Positions 29,882 to 40,600 of a stretch of DNA of 64,000 nucleotides are shown piece by piece; position 1 is the stretch's first letter, and each line of letters opens with the position of its first letter. The DNA is from Escherichia coli (GTDB lineage Bacteria > Pseudomonadota > Gammaproteobacteria > Enterobacterales > Enterobacteriaceae). The notes below the pieces were generated by a model. The model did not search any database. It had not been told where the DNA came from and saw nothing but the letters and a program-made list of their open reading frames with translations. A program made the position numbers and the translations under genes. The stretch lies in NCBI RefSeq assembly GCF_003018255.1, contig NZ_CP027440.1, one strand, 5' to 3'.

Positions 29882-30355
29882 TTATACGCGAGGGCGCTTG
29901 CGGTACAACCATAATCCAGGAATGGAAAGACCGATGGATAACGCACCAACAATTGATGAAGCTGTAAGAAAGTTGGTTAACAGGGTAATCATCAACGGTT
30001 CGCTGTAACCTAGCTGGCTGATTTTTACCGCCGAAATCATTGCGGTATAAGCCGATATGCCAGGGAACATAGGAATAACAGCCGCCACGGTAAACACTTT
30101 CGGATGCGCCAGATACCAGCGCGACCATTGAATACCAATGGTGCCGACCAGCATAGAAGCCATAAAAGTTGACCACTCAATATTCAGCCCGCTGGTCATT
30201 AAGATCATTCGGGAACCATGACCTATCGAGCCAAGCAGCGCACACCAGCGTAACGCCCGCACGGGAACGTTGAACACCATCGCAAAGCCGACCGCAGGAA
30301 TGGCGGCGAGGATCATATCCTGCGCCAACGCTAACAGAAATTCGATCACACCCAT
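29882..30355 (-). CDS. yjjB: ThrE-family (DUF3815) inner membrane protein YjjB
   Basis: [24 protein letters not shown]... 157 aa; overlaps the yjjP stop by 10 nt. Confidence 0.8.
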
Positions 30356-31116
30356 CCGCGTAGCCCCCAAATCGTCAGTGCCATCACCACGCCGACGCAG
30401 GTAGCCAGTGTCAGCAGACTGGCGATCGCCCAGCGTGCCAGTCCGGTATTGATGTGGCCTTTAAACATATCGGCGACGGCATTAATCAACGGAAAACCCG
30501 GCACCAGCAGCAGAACGCTGGCGGCCATCGCGATAGTGGGTGTATTGCTGAAAGTGGGAAGTTGCAAAAGCAAACCGGAAATGGTGGTGGCGGCGAAAGC
30601 GGTGAGGCAAAAGTTGATCTGTGGATGAAGATGACGTTGTGCCAGCAGCTGGCGGATATACATCGCGACCGTACTGGCAAAGAAGGTGATGACGGCACCA
30701 TCCCAGCCACCTTTATTGAGTTTACAGAAACAGGCGCAAGAAAGGCCGACCATTAAGGCTACCAGCCATCTCGGGTAACGTAATGGCTGAATTTGGCTAA
30801 ATCGTTTCTCTACACCTTTGTAATCCAGCAGATGATGCTCCGCCAGAATCACAATGTGCTGGACTTCAGTCACCACATGCATATTAATGCCGCGATCGTG
30901 ATTTTTTCGTGTCGATGTCAGGCATTGCCCATCTTTAATGGTTGTCAGCACTATGGCGTTCGAAGAGATAGAACTTTCGACGCTGTCCATTCCCAACGCC
31001 CGACCCAGTCGTGAGGAAAGCTCATCAACCAACGCGCTTTCCGCACCATGTTGCAAAAGAAATAATCCACACTGGATACAAAGCCGTGTTACGGCTCGCT
31101 GTTGCTCAGTTTGCAT
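30346..31116 (-). CDS. yjjP: ThrE-family (DUF1212) inner membrane protein YjjP
   Basis: [30 protein letters not shown]... 256 aa. Confidence 0.8.
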
Positions 31117-31734
31117 AACTCGCCCTTTGTCATAGACGTGCTGCGTATTGTTCAGATAATGAGAATCCATTTGTATCATGAAGCACGGTTGTTTTGCGGC
31201 AGGTTAAGATCAAAATTGCGCTGATTAATCCTGGTTATCGGGAGAAGCTCGGTGTTAAAAAGCGAATTATCTCTCGTCGCAAACAAATTATCGCATGAAT
31301 ATTATCACTATAATGAATTTATTGTTTAGCCCTTACGAATCAGGATAAAAGATAACTGGGCGCGTTTTTTAATTTTTACAAGTTAAAACTATCAGATTTT
31401 ATTGAATAAATATTGATTGTGTGATTTTGCATTCTGCTGGAAGGGATATCAGTTAATTATAAATTAAATGAATGAGAATTCTGTTTTTCATTAAGTATTT
31501 CTAACAACTTAATGTAGATATTTTAAATGTCTCCAGGCTATTTCACCAGGTTATCATTTGATGCTAACCTTCTGACACATGCAGTGGAGTTGTTGTGCAG
31601 CAGGAGTATGCTGATATGAAAGTGAATGCTAAGGATAATTTATTCGCTTAATCTATTAATTTGCTGGAAACATTTAAGGAATGAATATCCTGAATAAACC
31701 ATCATGATTTTTAGACAGTGGATGTGGAGGAAAT

Positions 31735-32460
31735 ATGTTGCCAGGATGCTGCAAAAATGGAATTGTTATCAGTAAAATACCTGTTATGCAAGCAGGGTTA
31801 AAAGAGGTCATGAGGACTCACTTCCCTGAATATGAAATAATATCCAGCGCCTCTGCGGAGGACCTTACCTTATTACAATTACGTCGTTCCGGATTAGTCA
31901 TTGCTGATTTAGCCGGTGAAAGTGAAGATCCACGTTCTGTTTGTGAACATTATTATTCTTTAATCTCACAATATCGGGAAATTCACTGGGTTTTCATGGT
32001 GTCACGCTCCTGGTATTCCCAGGCAGTAGAACTGCTTATGTGCCCTACGGCGACGTTATTGTCTGATGTTGAACCCATTGAGAATCTGGTCAAGACCGTA
32101 CGTTCCGGCAATACGCACGCAGAGCGTATCAGCGCCATGCTGACCTCTCCGGCAATGACTGAAACTCATGATTTTAGCTATCGCTCCGTCATTCTCACTC
32201 TTTCAGAGCGCAAGGTACTGCGGCTATTAGGTAAAGGATGGGGCATCAACCAGATAGCTTCATTGCTTAAGAAAAGTAATAAAACTATCAGCGCCCAAAA
32301 AAACAGTGCGATGCGTCGACTGGCAATTCACAGCAACGCTGAAATGTATGCATGGATAAATAGCGCGCAGGGTGCAAGAGAACTTAACTTGCCTTCTGTT
32401 TATGGAGATGCCGCAGAATGGAACACAGCCGAATTAAGAAGAGAAATGTCGCACTCATAG
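31735..32460 (+). CDS. yjjQ: LuxR/FixJ-type transcriptional regulator YjjQ
   Basis: 241 aa with C-terminal LuxR HTH; GGAGG Shine-Dalgarno; preceded by a roughly 620-bp AT-rich intergenic region. Confidence 0.85.
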
Positions 32461-33095
32461 AAAAATGCGTCATGAGCAGTATCGGTATTGAGAGTTTATT
32501 CAGAAAGTTTGCGGGTAACCCTTATAAGCTCCATACCTATACCAGTCAGGAGTCATTTCAGGATGCCATGTCGCGGATCTCGTTTGCGGCGGTCATTTTT
32601 TCTTTTTCTGCCATGAGAAGTGAGCGCAGAGAGGGATTATCTTGCCTGACTGAACTGGCGATTAAGTTTCCGCGTACCCGGCGTTTAGTTATTGCGGATG
32701 ATGATATTGAAGCTCGGCTGATTGGTTCATTGTCGCCATCACCGTTGGACGGTGTATTAAGTAAAGCGTCAACGCTGGAGATTTTTCATCAGGAACTCTT
32801 TTTGTCATTAAATGGTGTACGTCAGGCGACCGACCGACTGAACAATCAGTGGTACATTAATCAAAGCCGAACGCTAAGCCCGACGGAGAGAGAAATATTG
32901 CGCTTTATGTCGCGTGGCTACTCAATGACACAAATTGCCGAGCAGCTTAAACGCAATATCAAAACGATCCGTGCACATAAATTTAATGTGATGTCGAAAC
33001 TGGGCGTCAGTTCTGATGCAGGGTTGTTGGAGGCCGCAGATATTCTGTTATGTATGCGGCATTGCGAAGCAAGTAATGTGTTGCATCCCTATTAA
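32418..33095 (+). CDS. bglJ: LuxR/FixJ-type transcriptional activator BglJ
   Basis: [31 protein letters not shown]... 225 aa; overlaps yjjQ by 43 nt. Confidence 0.9.
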
Positions 33096-33131
33096 TCCAC
33101 ATGATGCCGGGTTTACTTCCCCGGCAGTGCT

Positions 33132-33920
33132 TCATTTCAGCGTACAATCGCCACATTGCTGCACATCCGGTAAGCGATAACGCTGGCAGCAAGTGCGGCG
33201 CACCAGCAGGCCGTCGCGCAGTACCACGGTACGCCAGAGTGGATTATCTTCACCGTTCGTGAGCATTTTCTCAAAAAAGAGGGCATGGCGCAGCGATTCA
33301 ACCGTCGCCTCGCCAAGCAGCTGTTTCATCTCAGTCAGATACCAGTTGATCAAATAACCGGTATTGCTCCAGATAAGTTTGCCGTTGATCTCTCCCGTCG
33401 CTTCTAATGCCTGCACTACCGGAACAAGCGCCTGGCTGATTAACGTTTCCATTCGCTGCTGCGGCGAATGTAGTGTTGCGTTTTTATCTTCACACACATC
33501 GACCCAGAAACAGGCGGCGCGTCCGGTTTCGTGAAACTCAACGTGGAAATGTTCCGGCGACACATCTAATGCTTTTTCCTGCGTCAGCAGCGCCAACATT
33601 AATGGTGGCACCATCAGGCCGATATACCATTGTGCCCATAGTGAGATCAGCGGTTTGTTCTCGCGGATCATCAAGGGTTGGTTGCGGTAGATATGATCGG
33701 AATAGACCGCCAGTTGAGAACTTAGCGTATTCGGTGATGACCATTGCGCCAGCGTCATGGCACGGAGCGGTGCGGGTTCATCCAGACGGATAAACTCCAG
33801 CAAATGTTCACGATGTTCGGCGATCGTCGCCCGTACGGCTTGTGCAAGCCCAGCATCCTGCGGCTGGAGATGCGTTCGCCAGATAACATCTTCATAGAGC
33901 GGTGCGGAACGATAGGCCAT
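33132..33920 (-). CDS. fhuF: Ferric-siderophore reductase FhuF (2Fe-2S, C-terminal CC-x10-C-x2-C)
   Basis: 262 aa ending ...RRTCCQRYRLPDVQQCGDCTLK. Confidence 0.9.
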   Translation of the reverse strand: MAYRSAPLYEDVIWRTHLQPQDAGLAQAVRATIAEHREHLLEFIRLDEPAPLRAMTLAQWSSPNTLSSQLAVYSDHIYRNQPLMIRENKPLISLWAQWYIGLMVPPLMLALLTQEKALDVSPEHFHVEFHETGRAACFWVDVCEDKNATLHSPQQRMETLISQALVPVVQALEATGEINGKLIWSNTGYLINWYLTEMKQLLGEATVESLRHALFFEKMLTNGEDNPLWRTVVLRDGLLVRRTCCQRYRLPDVQQCGDCTLK

Positions 33921-33924
33921 AATC

Positions 33925-33958
33925 GTGATAGTAATCTAAATGATAATGATTGCTAATC
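33925..33958. promoter_or_regulatory. Candidate Fur box in the fhuF promoter
   Basis: GTGATAGTAATCTAAATGATAATGATTGCTAATC contains GATAAT-type hexamer repeats immediately upstream of fhuF. Confidence 0.45.
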
Positions 33959-34060
33959 CTAGCGATAGGTTTACCCGATAGCAAGGGATTTCTCTGGCTT
34001 GCAAATGATAAAGATTATCATATGATATTGGTTATCATTATCAATGAAAGAGATGAAACC

Positions 34061-34297
34061 ATGTTGCAACGTACGCTGGGCAGTGGCTGGGGAGTGTTGC
34101 TGCCGGGATTGCTGATTGCAGGGCTGATGTATGCGGATTTATCGCCGGATCAATGGCGGATTATCATTCTGATGGGATTAGTATTGACGCCGGCGATGCT
34201 GTATCACAAACAGTTGCGGCATTACGTTTTGCTGCCATCGTGCCTGGCGCTTATTGCTGGCATCATGCTGATGATAATGAATTTGAAGCAGGGATGA
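34061..34297 (+). CDS. yjjZ: Small inner-membrane protein YjjZ (78 aa)
   Basis: MLQRTLGSGWGVLLPGLLIAGLMYADLSPDQWRIIILMGL... from ATG at 34061; the ORF-track upstream extension is not used. Confidence 0.7.
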   Translation: MLQRTLGSGWGVLLPGLLIAGLMYADLSPDQWRIIILMGLVLTPAMLYHKQLRHYVLLPSCLALIAGIMLMIMNLKQG

Positions 34298-34335
34298 TAA
34301 AACAGGGAAGAAACAAGAAAGGAAGTAAAGATAAT

Positions 34336-34422
34336 TGGTGCGAGGGGGGGGACTTGAACCCCCACGTCCGTAAGGACACTAACACCTGAAGCTAGCGCGT
34401 CTACCAATTCCGCCACCTTCGC
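34336..34422 (-). tRNA. leuV: tRNA-Leu (anticodon CAG), third gene of the leuQPV operon
   Basis: Reverse complement reads GCGAAGGTGGCGGAATTGGTAGACGCGCTAGCTTCAGGTGTTAGTGTCCTTACGGACGTGGGGGTTCAAGTCCCCCCCCTCGCACCA (87 nt, encoded CCA). Confidence 0.95.
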
Positions 34423-34456
34423 ACAGTCATCTTACTTTTTTTGATATTGCCTCGTT

Positions 34457-34543
34457 TGGTGCGAGGGGGGGGACTTGAACCCCCACGTCCGTAAGAACAC
34501 TAACACCTGAAGCTAGCGCGTCTACCAATTCCGCCACCTTCGC
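34457..34543 (-). tRNA. leuP: tRNA-Leu (anticodon CAG), middle copy; variable-arm C-to-T variant relative to the flanking copies
   Basis: Same 87-nt sequence except plus-strand A at 34496 (tRNA sense GTGTTCTTAC instead of GTGTCCTTAC). Confidence 0.95.
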
Positions 34544-34571
34544 CCAGTGCGAGCAATATCAACGTGGTTTT

Positions 34572-34658
34572 TGGTGCGAGGGGGGGGACTTGAACCCCCA
34601 CGTCCGTAAGGACACTAACACCTGAAGCTAGCGCGTCTACCAATTCCGCCACCTTCGC
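34572..34658 (-). tRNA. leuQ: tRNA-Leu (anticodon CAG), promoter-proximal copy
   Basis: Identical 87-nt tRNA-Leu sequence. Confidence 0.95.
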
Positions 34659-34692
34659 ATACCGTCAATTCTTAAAAAGAATTGCTACCACG

Positions 34693-34727
34693 GAGGCGCA
34701 TTCTAGTGGTTTTCAGCTTTTCGTCAA
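34693..34727 (-). promoter_or_regulatory. Sigma-70 promoter of the leuQPV tRNA operon with GC-rich discriminator
   Basis: Minus strand: -35 TTGACG (34722-34727), 16-nt spacer, -10 TAGAAT (34700-34705), then GCGCCTCC discriminator; AT-rich UP-like sequence upstream. Confidence 0.5.
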
Positions 34728-34802
34728 TAGTTAATTATCGACAGAGGTGTAATTGCTGGAAAAATGTCCATCAGCGGATTGTGGATAATTCGTTTGTCGG
34801 TC

Positions 34803-34842
34803 AGATAAGGCGTGTACGCCGCATCCGACACGGTATGCGGCG
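34803..34842. repeat. REP element
   Basis: GATAAGGCGTGTACGCCGCATCCGACACGGTATGCGGCG palindromic unit between rsmC and leuQ. Confidence 0.5.
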
Positions 34843-34857
34843 ATATATATCAGATAC

Positions 34858-35889
34858 TCAACCTTTCTTCGCCTGGCGGGTCATAATGGCGCGATACACC
34901 TTGAAGCGCCCGGTTTGCGCGATCACTTCGTGGAAGCCAAATGTCTCATCCAGCACGTCCGGATAAGGCAGGAAGGCGTTCGCTACAATTCGCAGCTCGC
35001 CGCCGCTATTAAGATGACGCACCGCGCCGCGAATCAGCGTTTGCGCGGCATCCAGGCTGGTTTGCATCCCATCGTGGAACGGCGGGTTGGAGATGATCAT
35101 ATCAAAACGACCTTTCACCTCGGAAAAGACGTTACTGGCAAAGACTTCACCTTCAACACCGTTGGCCGCAAGTGTTGCGCGGCTGGCTTCTACCGCTGGT
35201 GCAGAGACATCGCACAGAGTGAGACGAATTTTCGGCGAATGGCGCGCAAAGGCAACCGAAAGTACGCCCGCGCCACAGCCGACATCCAGCACTTTACCTT
35301 TCGTGTGCGGGGTTAACGTCGAGAGCAGCAACTGGCTACCGACATCCAGACCGTCGCGGCTAAACACGCCAGGCAGCGTTTTGACCGTCAGGCCATCGAC
35401 GCTGTATTCGCCCCAGAATTTATCGGCATCAAATACTGGCTGTTTTTCCAGACGACCAAAATAGAGGCCACAGCGACGAGCGCTGTCCATTTTATTCAAC
35501 GGCGCATAATCTGACAGCATCTGCTCGGCGCTGCGCACGCCGCTGCGGTTCTCGCCAACGACAAAAATATCCGTGCCCACTGGCAGCAGAGAAAGTAAAT
35601 TCATCAACTGGAACTGGGCTTCCGGTTTGTTCTTCGGCCAGTAGTAAATCAGCGTATCGCAATCTGCGACATCATCCGCCGTGGCGACCAGACTAAAACG
35701 GGCGTTATCCCCCATCTGGCGGCTTAACACCTGCCAGTGGTGGAATTGCTGGGTATGAGCACGGCTGGCCGCGGTATCTAAACGCGCGGGCAGGTCATCC
35801 TGTAAGTCTCCGGCAAAAAGAATACGGCTTTGTTCGAAATCATCACTGTGACGCAGCAAGACTTCACTTGCCGGGGTAAATGCAGACAT
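34858..35889 (-). CDS. rsmC: 16S rRNA (guanine1207-N2)-methyltransferase RsmC
   Basis: 343 aa, SAM-MTase motifs [11 protein letters not shown] and NPPFH. Confidence 0.9.
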   Translation of the reverse strand: MSAFTPASEVLLRHSDDFEQSRILFAGDLQDDLPARLDTAASRAHTQQFHHWQVLSRQMGDNARFSLVATADDVADCDTLIYYWPKNKPEAQFQLMNLLSLLPVGTDIFVVGENRSGVRSAEQMLSDYAPLNKMDSARRCGLYFGRLEKQPVFDADKFWGEYSVDGLTVKTLPGVFSRDGLDVGSQLLLSTLTPHTKGKVLDVGCGAGVLSVAFARHSPKIRLTLCDVSAPAVEASRATLAANGVEGEVFASNVFSEVKGRFDMIISNPPFHDGMQTSLDAAQTLIRGAVRHLNSGGELRIVANAFLPYPDVLDETFGFHEVIAQTGRFKVYRAIMTRQAKKG

Positions 35890-35991
35890 GGAATGCTCCT
35901 CAATTAATACTGGCGGCGATTATAGCCATATGTTGGCGCGGTATCGACGAATTTGCTATATTTGCGCCCCTGACAACAGGAGCGATTCGCT

Positions 35992-36405
35992 ATGACATCC
36001 CGACGAGACTGGCAGTTACAGCAACTGGGCATTACCCAGTGGTCGCTGCGTCGCCCTGGCGCGTTGCAGGGGGAGATTGCCATTGCGATCCCGGCACACG
36101 TCCGTCTGGTGATGGTGGCAAACGATCTTCCCGCCCTGACCGATCCTATAGTGAGCGATGTTCTGCGCGCGTTAACCGTCAGCCCCGATCAAGTGCTGCA
36201 ACTGACGCCAGAAAAAATCGCGATGCTGCCGCAAGGCAGTCGCTGCAACAGCTGGCGGTTGGGTACTGACGAACCGCTATCACTGGAAGGCGCTCAGGTG
36301 GCATCACCGGCGCTCACCGAATTACGGGCAAACCCAACGGCACGCGCCGCGTTATGGCAACAAATTTGCACATATGAACACGATTTCTTCCCTCGAAACG
36401 ACTGA
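35992..36405 (+). CDS. holD: DNA polymerase III psi subunit HolD
   Basis: MTSRRDWQLQQLGITQWSLRRPGALQGEIAIAIPAHVRLVMVANDLPAL... 137 aa. Confidence 0.9.
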   Translation: MTSRRDWQLQQLGITQWSLRRPGALQGEIAIAIPAHVRLVMVANDLPALTDPIVSDVLRALTVSPDQVLQLTPEKIAMLPQGSRCNSWRLGTDEPLSLEGAQVASPALTELRANPTARAALWQQICTYEHDFFPRND

Positions 36406-36820
36406 TTTACCAGCGGCTTACCACATTGAACAACGCGCCCACGCCTTTCCGTGGAGTGAAAAAACCTTTGCCAGCAACCAGGGCGAGCGTTATCTCAACT
36501 TTCAGTTAACGCAAAACGGCAAAATGGCGGCGTTTGCGATTACGCAAGTGGTGCTGGATGAAGCTACATTGTTCAATATTGCGGTCGATCCTGACTATCA
36601 GCGTCAGGGATTGGGAAGGGCGCTGCTGGAACATCTGATCGACGAACTGGAAAAACGCGGCGTGGCGACGCTATGGCTGGAAGTCCGTGCTTCAAACGCT
36701 GCCGCCATTGCCCTGTACGAAAGTTTAGGCTTTAACGAGGCGACAATTCGCCGCAATTACTACCCCACCACGGACGGTCGCGAAGACGCCATCATCATGG
36801 CGTTGCCAATCAGTATGTAA
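36374..36820 (+). CDS. rimI: Ribosomal protein S18 alanine N-acetyltransferase RimI
   Basis: 148-aa GNAT protein ([14 protein letters not shown]); overlaps holD by 32 nt. Confidence 0.9.
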   Translation: MNTISSLETTDLPAAYHIEQRAHAFPWSEKTFASNQGERYLNFQLTQNGKMAAFAITQVVLDEATLFNIAVDPDYQRQGLGRALLEHLIDELEKRGVATLWLEVRASNAAAIALYESLGFNEATIRRNYYPTTDGREDAIIMALPISM

Positions 36821-36834
36821 GACAAGGTGGAATA

Positions 36835-37512
36835 ATGAAGTGGGACTGGATTTTCTTTGATGCCGATGAAACGCTGTTTACCTTTGACTCATTCACCGGC
36901 TTGCAGCGGATGTTTCTTGATTACAGCGTCACCTTTACCGCTGAAGATTTTCAGGACTATCAGGCCGTTAACAAGCCACTGTGGGTGGATTATCAAAACG
37001 GCGCGATCACTTCATTACAGCTTCAGCACGGGCGGTTTGAGAGCTGGGCCGAACGGCTGAACGTCGAGCCGGGTAAACTCAACGAAGCCTTTATTAATGC
37101 GATGGCGGAAATCTGTACGCCACTGCCGGGCGCGGTTTCTCTGCTTAACGCCATTCGTGGCAACGCTAAAATTGGCATCATCACCAACGGCTTTAGCGCC
37201 TTGCAGCAAGTGCGTCTGGAACGCACGGGCCTGCGTGATTATTTCGATTTGCTGGTGATTTCCGAAGAAGTTGGCGTTGCCAAACCGAATAAGAAAATTT
37301 TCGATTATGCGCTGGAACAGGCAGGCAATCCTGACCGTTCACGTGTGCTGATGGTTGGCGACACAGCTGAGTCCGATATTCTCGGTGGCATCAACGCCGG
37401 GCTTGCGACCTGCTGGCTGAATGCGCACAATCGCGAGCAACCAGAAGGCATCGCGCCCACCTGGACCGTTTCTTCGTTGCACGAACTGGAGCAGCTCCTG
37501 TGTAAACACTGA
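36835..37512 (+). CDS. yjjG: HAD-superfamily pyrimidine 5'-nucleotidase YjjG
   Basis: [15 protein letters not shown] (HAD motif I DxDxT); 225 aa. Confidence 0.9.
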   Translation: MKWDWIFFDADETLFTFDSFTGLQRMFLDYSVTFTAEDFQDYQAVNKPLWVDYQNGAITSLQLQHGRFESWAERLNVEPGKLNEAFINAMAEICTPLPGAVSLLNAIRGNAKIGIITNGFSALQQVRLERTGLRDYFDLLVISEEVGVAKPNKKIFDYALEQAGNPDRSRVLMVGDTAESDILGGINAGLATCWLNAHNREQPEGIAPTWTVSSLHELEQLLCKH

Positions 37513-37602
37513 TTGCCTCCCCCCCGTTGATGGGTAAAATAGCCGCAATTTTTCGTTTTCAACAAGCGCGGCGCGATGCCGCTTACTCAAGAAGAAAGAA
37601 TT

Positions 37603-39192
37603 ATGACGTTGTCTCCTTATTTGCAAGAGGTGGCGAAGCGCCGCACTTTTGCCATTATTTCTCACCCGGACGCCGGTAAGACTACCATCACCGAGAAGGT
37701 GCTGCTGTTCGGACAGGCCATTCAGACCGCCGGTACAGTAAAAGGCCGTGGTTCCAACCAGCACGCTAAGTCGGACTGGATGGAGATGGAAAAGCAGCGT
37801 GGGATCTCCATTACTACGTCTGTGATGCAGTTTCCGTATCACGATTGCCTGGTTAACCTGCTCGACACCCCGGGGCACGAAGACTTCTCGGAAGATACCT
37901 ATCGTACCCTGACGGCGGTGGACTGCTGCCTGATGGTTATCGACGCCGCAAAAGGTGTTGAAGATCGTACCCGTAAGCTGATGGAAGTTACCCGTCTGCG
38001 CGACACGCCGATCCTCACCTTTATGAACAAACTTGACCGTGATATCCGCGACCCGATGGAGCTGCTCGATGAAGTTGAGAACGAGCTGAAAATCGGCTGC
38101 GCACCGATCACCTGGCCGATTGGCTGCGGCAAGCTGTTTAAAGGCGTTTACCACCTTTATAAAGATGAAACCTATCTCTATCAGAGCGGTAAAGGCCACA
38201 CGATTCAGGAAGTCCGCATTGTTAAAGGGCTGAATAACCCGGATCTCGACGCTGCGGTTGGTGAAGATCTGGCACAGCAGCTACGTGACGAACTGGAGCT
38301 GGTGAAAGGCGCGTCTAACGAGTTCGACAAAGAGCTGTTCCTTGCGGGCGAAATCACTCCGGTATTCTTCGGTACTGCGCTGGGTAACTTCGGCGTTGAT
38401 CATATGCTGGATGGCCTGGTGGAGTGGGCTCCTGCGCCGATGCCGCGTCAGACTGATACCCGTACCGTAGAGGCGAGCGAAGACAAATTTACCGGCTTCG
38501 TATTTAAAATTCAGGCCAACATGGACCCGAAACACCGCGACCGCGTGGCGTTTATGCGTGTGGTGTCCGGTAAATATGAAAAAGGCATGAAGCTGCGCCA
38601 GGTGCGTACTGCGAAAGATGTGGTGATCTCCGACGCGCTGACCTTTATGGCGGGTGACCGTTCGCACGTTGAAGAAGCGTATCCTGGCGATATCCTTGGT
38701 CTGCACAACCACGGCACCATTCAGATCGGCGACACCTTTACCCAGGGTGAGATGATGAAGTTCACCGGTATTCCGAACTTCGCGCCAGAACTGTTCCGTC
38801 GTATCCGCCTGAAAGATCCGCTGAAGCAAAAACAGCTGCTTAAAGGGCTGGTACAGCTTTCCGAAGAGGGCGCGGTGCAGGTGTTCCGTCCGATCTCCAA
38901 CAACGATCTGATCGTTGGTGCGGTTGGTGTGCTGCAGTTTGATGTGGTGGTAGCGCGTCTGAAGAGCGAATACAACGTTGAAGCAGTGTATGAGTCAGTC
39001 AACGTTGCCACTGCCCGCTGGGTAGAATGTGCGGACGCGAAGAAATTCGAAGAGTTCAAGCGTAAGAACGAAAGCCAACTGGCGCTTGATGGCGGCGATA
39101 ACCTCGCTTACATCGCTACCAGCATGGTCAACCTGCGCCTGGCGCAGGAACGTTATCCAGACGTTCAGTTCCACCAGACCCGCGAGCATTAA
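37603..39192 (+). CDS. prfC: Peptide chain release factor 3 (RF3)
   Basis: [41 protein letters not shown]... translational GTPase; ATG at 37603. Confidence 0.95.
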
Positions 39193-39202
39193 TTCTTGCC
39201 TC

Positions 39203-39236
39203 CAGGGCGCGGTAGCCGCTGCGCCCTGTCAATTTC
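39203..39236 (+). terminator. Hairpin terminator after prfC
   Basis: 8-bp GC stem CAGGGCGC/GCGCCCTG with 10-nt loop, followed by a weak T-tract. Confidence 0.45.
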
Positions 39237-39584
39237 CCTTCCTTATTAGCCGCTTACGGAATGTTCTTAAAACATTCACTTTTGCTTATGTTTTCGCTGA
39301 TATCCCGAGCGGTTTCAAAATTGTGATCTATATTTAACAAAGTAATGACATTTCTGACGGCGTTAAATACCGTTCAATGCGTAGATATCAGTATCTAAAG
39401 CCGTCGATTGTCATTCTACCGATATTAATAACTGATTCAGAGGCTGTAATGGTCGTTATTCATCACCCATCGCTTTTGTGATGGCGGCCATTGACTTCTG
39501 TAGAGGGTGAAGTCTCTCCCTATTCAGCAATGCAACCTCGTGTTGCCAGGCTCAAATTACGAGCAAACATACAGGAATAAATCG

Positions 39585-40191
39585 ATGACTATGACAAGAC
39601 TGAAGATTTCGAAAACTCTGCTGGCTGTAATGTTGACCTCTGCCGTCGCGACCGGCTCTGCCTACGCGGAAAACAACGCACAGACTACCAATGAAAGCGC
39701 AGGGCAAAAAGTCGATAGCTCTATGAATAAAGTCGGTAATTTCATGGATGACAGCGCCATCACCGCGAAAGTGAAGGCGGCGCTGGTGGATCATGACAAC
39801 ATCAAGAGCACCGATATCTCTGTCAAAACCGATCAAAAAGTCGTGACCCTGAGCGGTTTCGTTGAAAGCCAGGCTCAGGCCGAAGAGGCAGTGAAAGTGG
39901 CGAAAGGCGTTGAAGGGGTGACCTCTGTCAGCGACAAACTGCACGTTCGCGACGCTAAAGAAGGCTCGGTGAAGGGCTACGCGGGTGACACCGCCACCAC
40001 CAGTGAAATCAAAGCCAAACATGCTGGCGGACGATATCGTCCCTTCCCGTCATGTGAAAGTTGAAACCACCGACGGCGTGGTTCAGCTCTCCGGTACCGT
40101 CGATTCCCAGGCACAGAGCGACCGTGCTGAAAGTATCGCCAAAGCGGTAGATGGTGTGAAAAGCGTTAAAAATGATCTGAAAACTAAGTAA
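39585..40191 (+). pseudogene. osmY: osmY (periplasmic BON-domain osmotic-stress protein) disrupted by a +1 frameshift near 40020-40021
   Basis: Frame 1 (39585-40064) gives signal peptide and first BON domain, then terminates early (...[20 protein letters not shown]); the second BON domain (...[52 protein letters not shown]) continues in the +1 frame to 40191; one extra A in AAAC-A-TGCTGGCGGAC. Confidence 0.7.
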
Positions 40192-40317
40192 TTCGTCGTA
40201 ATTCGTCCTCCCGAACTTTGTCGGGAGGCGCGATGTGCACCACACTAAAAATATCGCATTGAGTGATTTTCACGCTCATATCAAGCGGTGACATTAACTA
40301 TGGTAAAGGAGACGCTT

Positions 40318-40479
40318 ATGTTTCGTTGGGGCATCATATTTCTGGTTATCGCGTTAATCGCCGCCGCACTTGGGTTTGGTGGTCTGGCCGGTACCGCTGC
40401 AGGCGCAGCTAAAATTGTCTTTGTCGTCGGGATTATTCTGTTCCTGGTGAGTTTGTTCATGGGCCGAAAACGACCCTAG
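40318..40479 (+). CDS. ytjA: Small membrane protein YtjA (DUF1328), 53 aa
   Basis: [53 protein letters not shown]. Confidence 0.75.
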
Positions 40480-40600
40480 ATTTCAGACCATTAAGAAAAT
40501 TTTATCCAAAGCCAGTCCAGCGGACTGGCTTTTGCGGTTTTAGCGAATAATAAATTGCGTTACTTTGTCATTCTTTCACAACAAAAACAGGAAGGCAGAG

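Noticed and set aside
37339-38199. 286-aa minus-strand ORF
   Set aside because: Antisense to yjjG/prfC; no motifs; overlaps two confidently assigned genes.
39985-40191. 68-aa ORF that could be called a separate small gene downstream of osmY
   Set aside because: It is the C-terminal BON domain of osmY displaced by the frameshift, not an independent gene.
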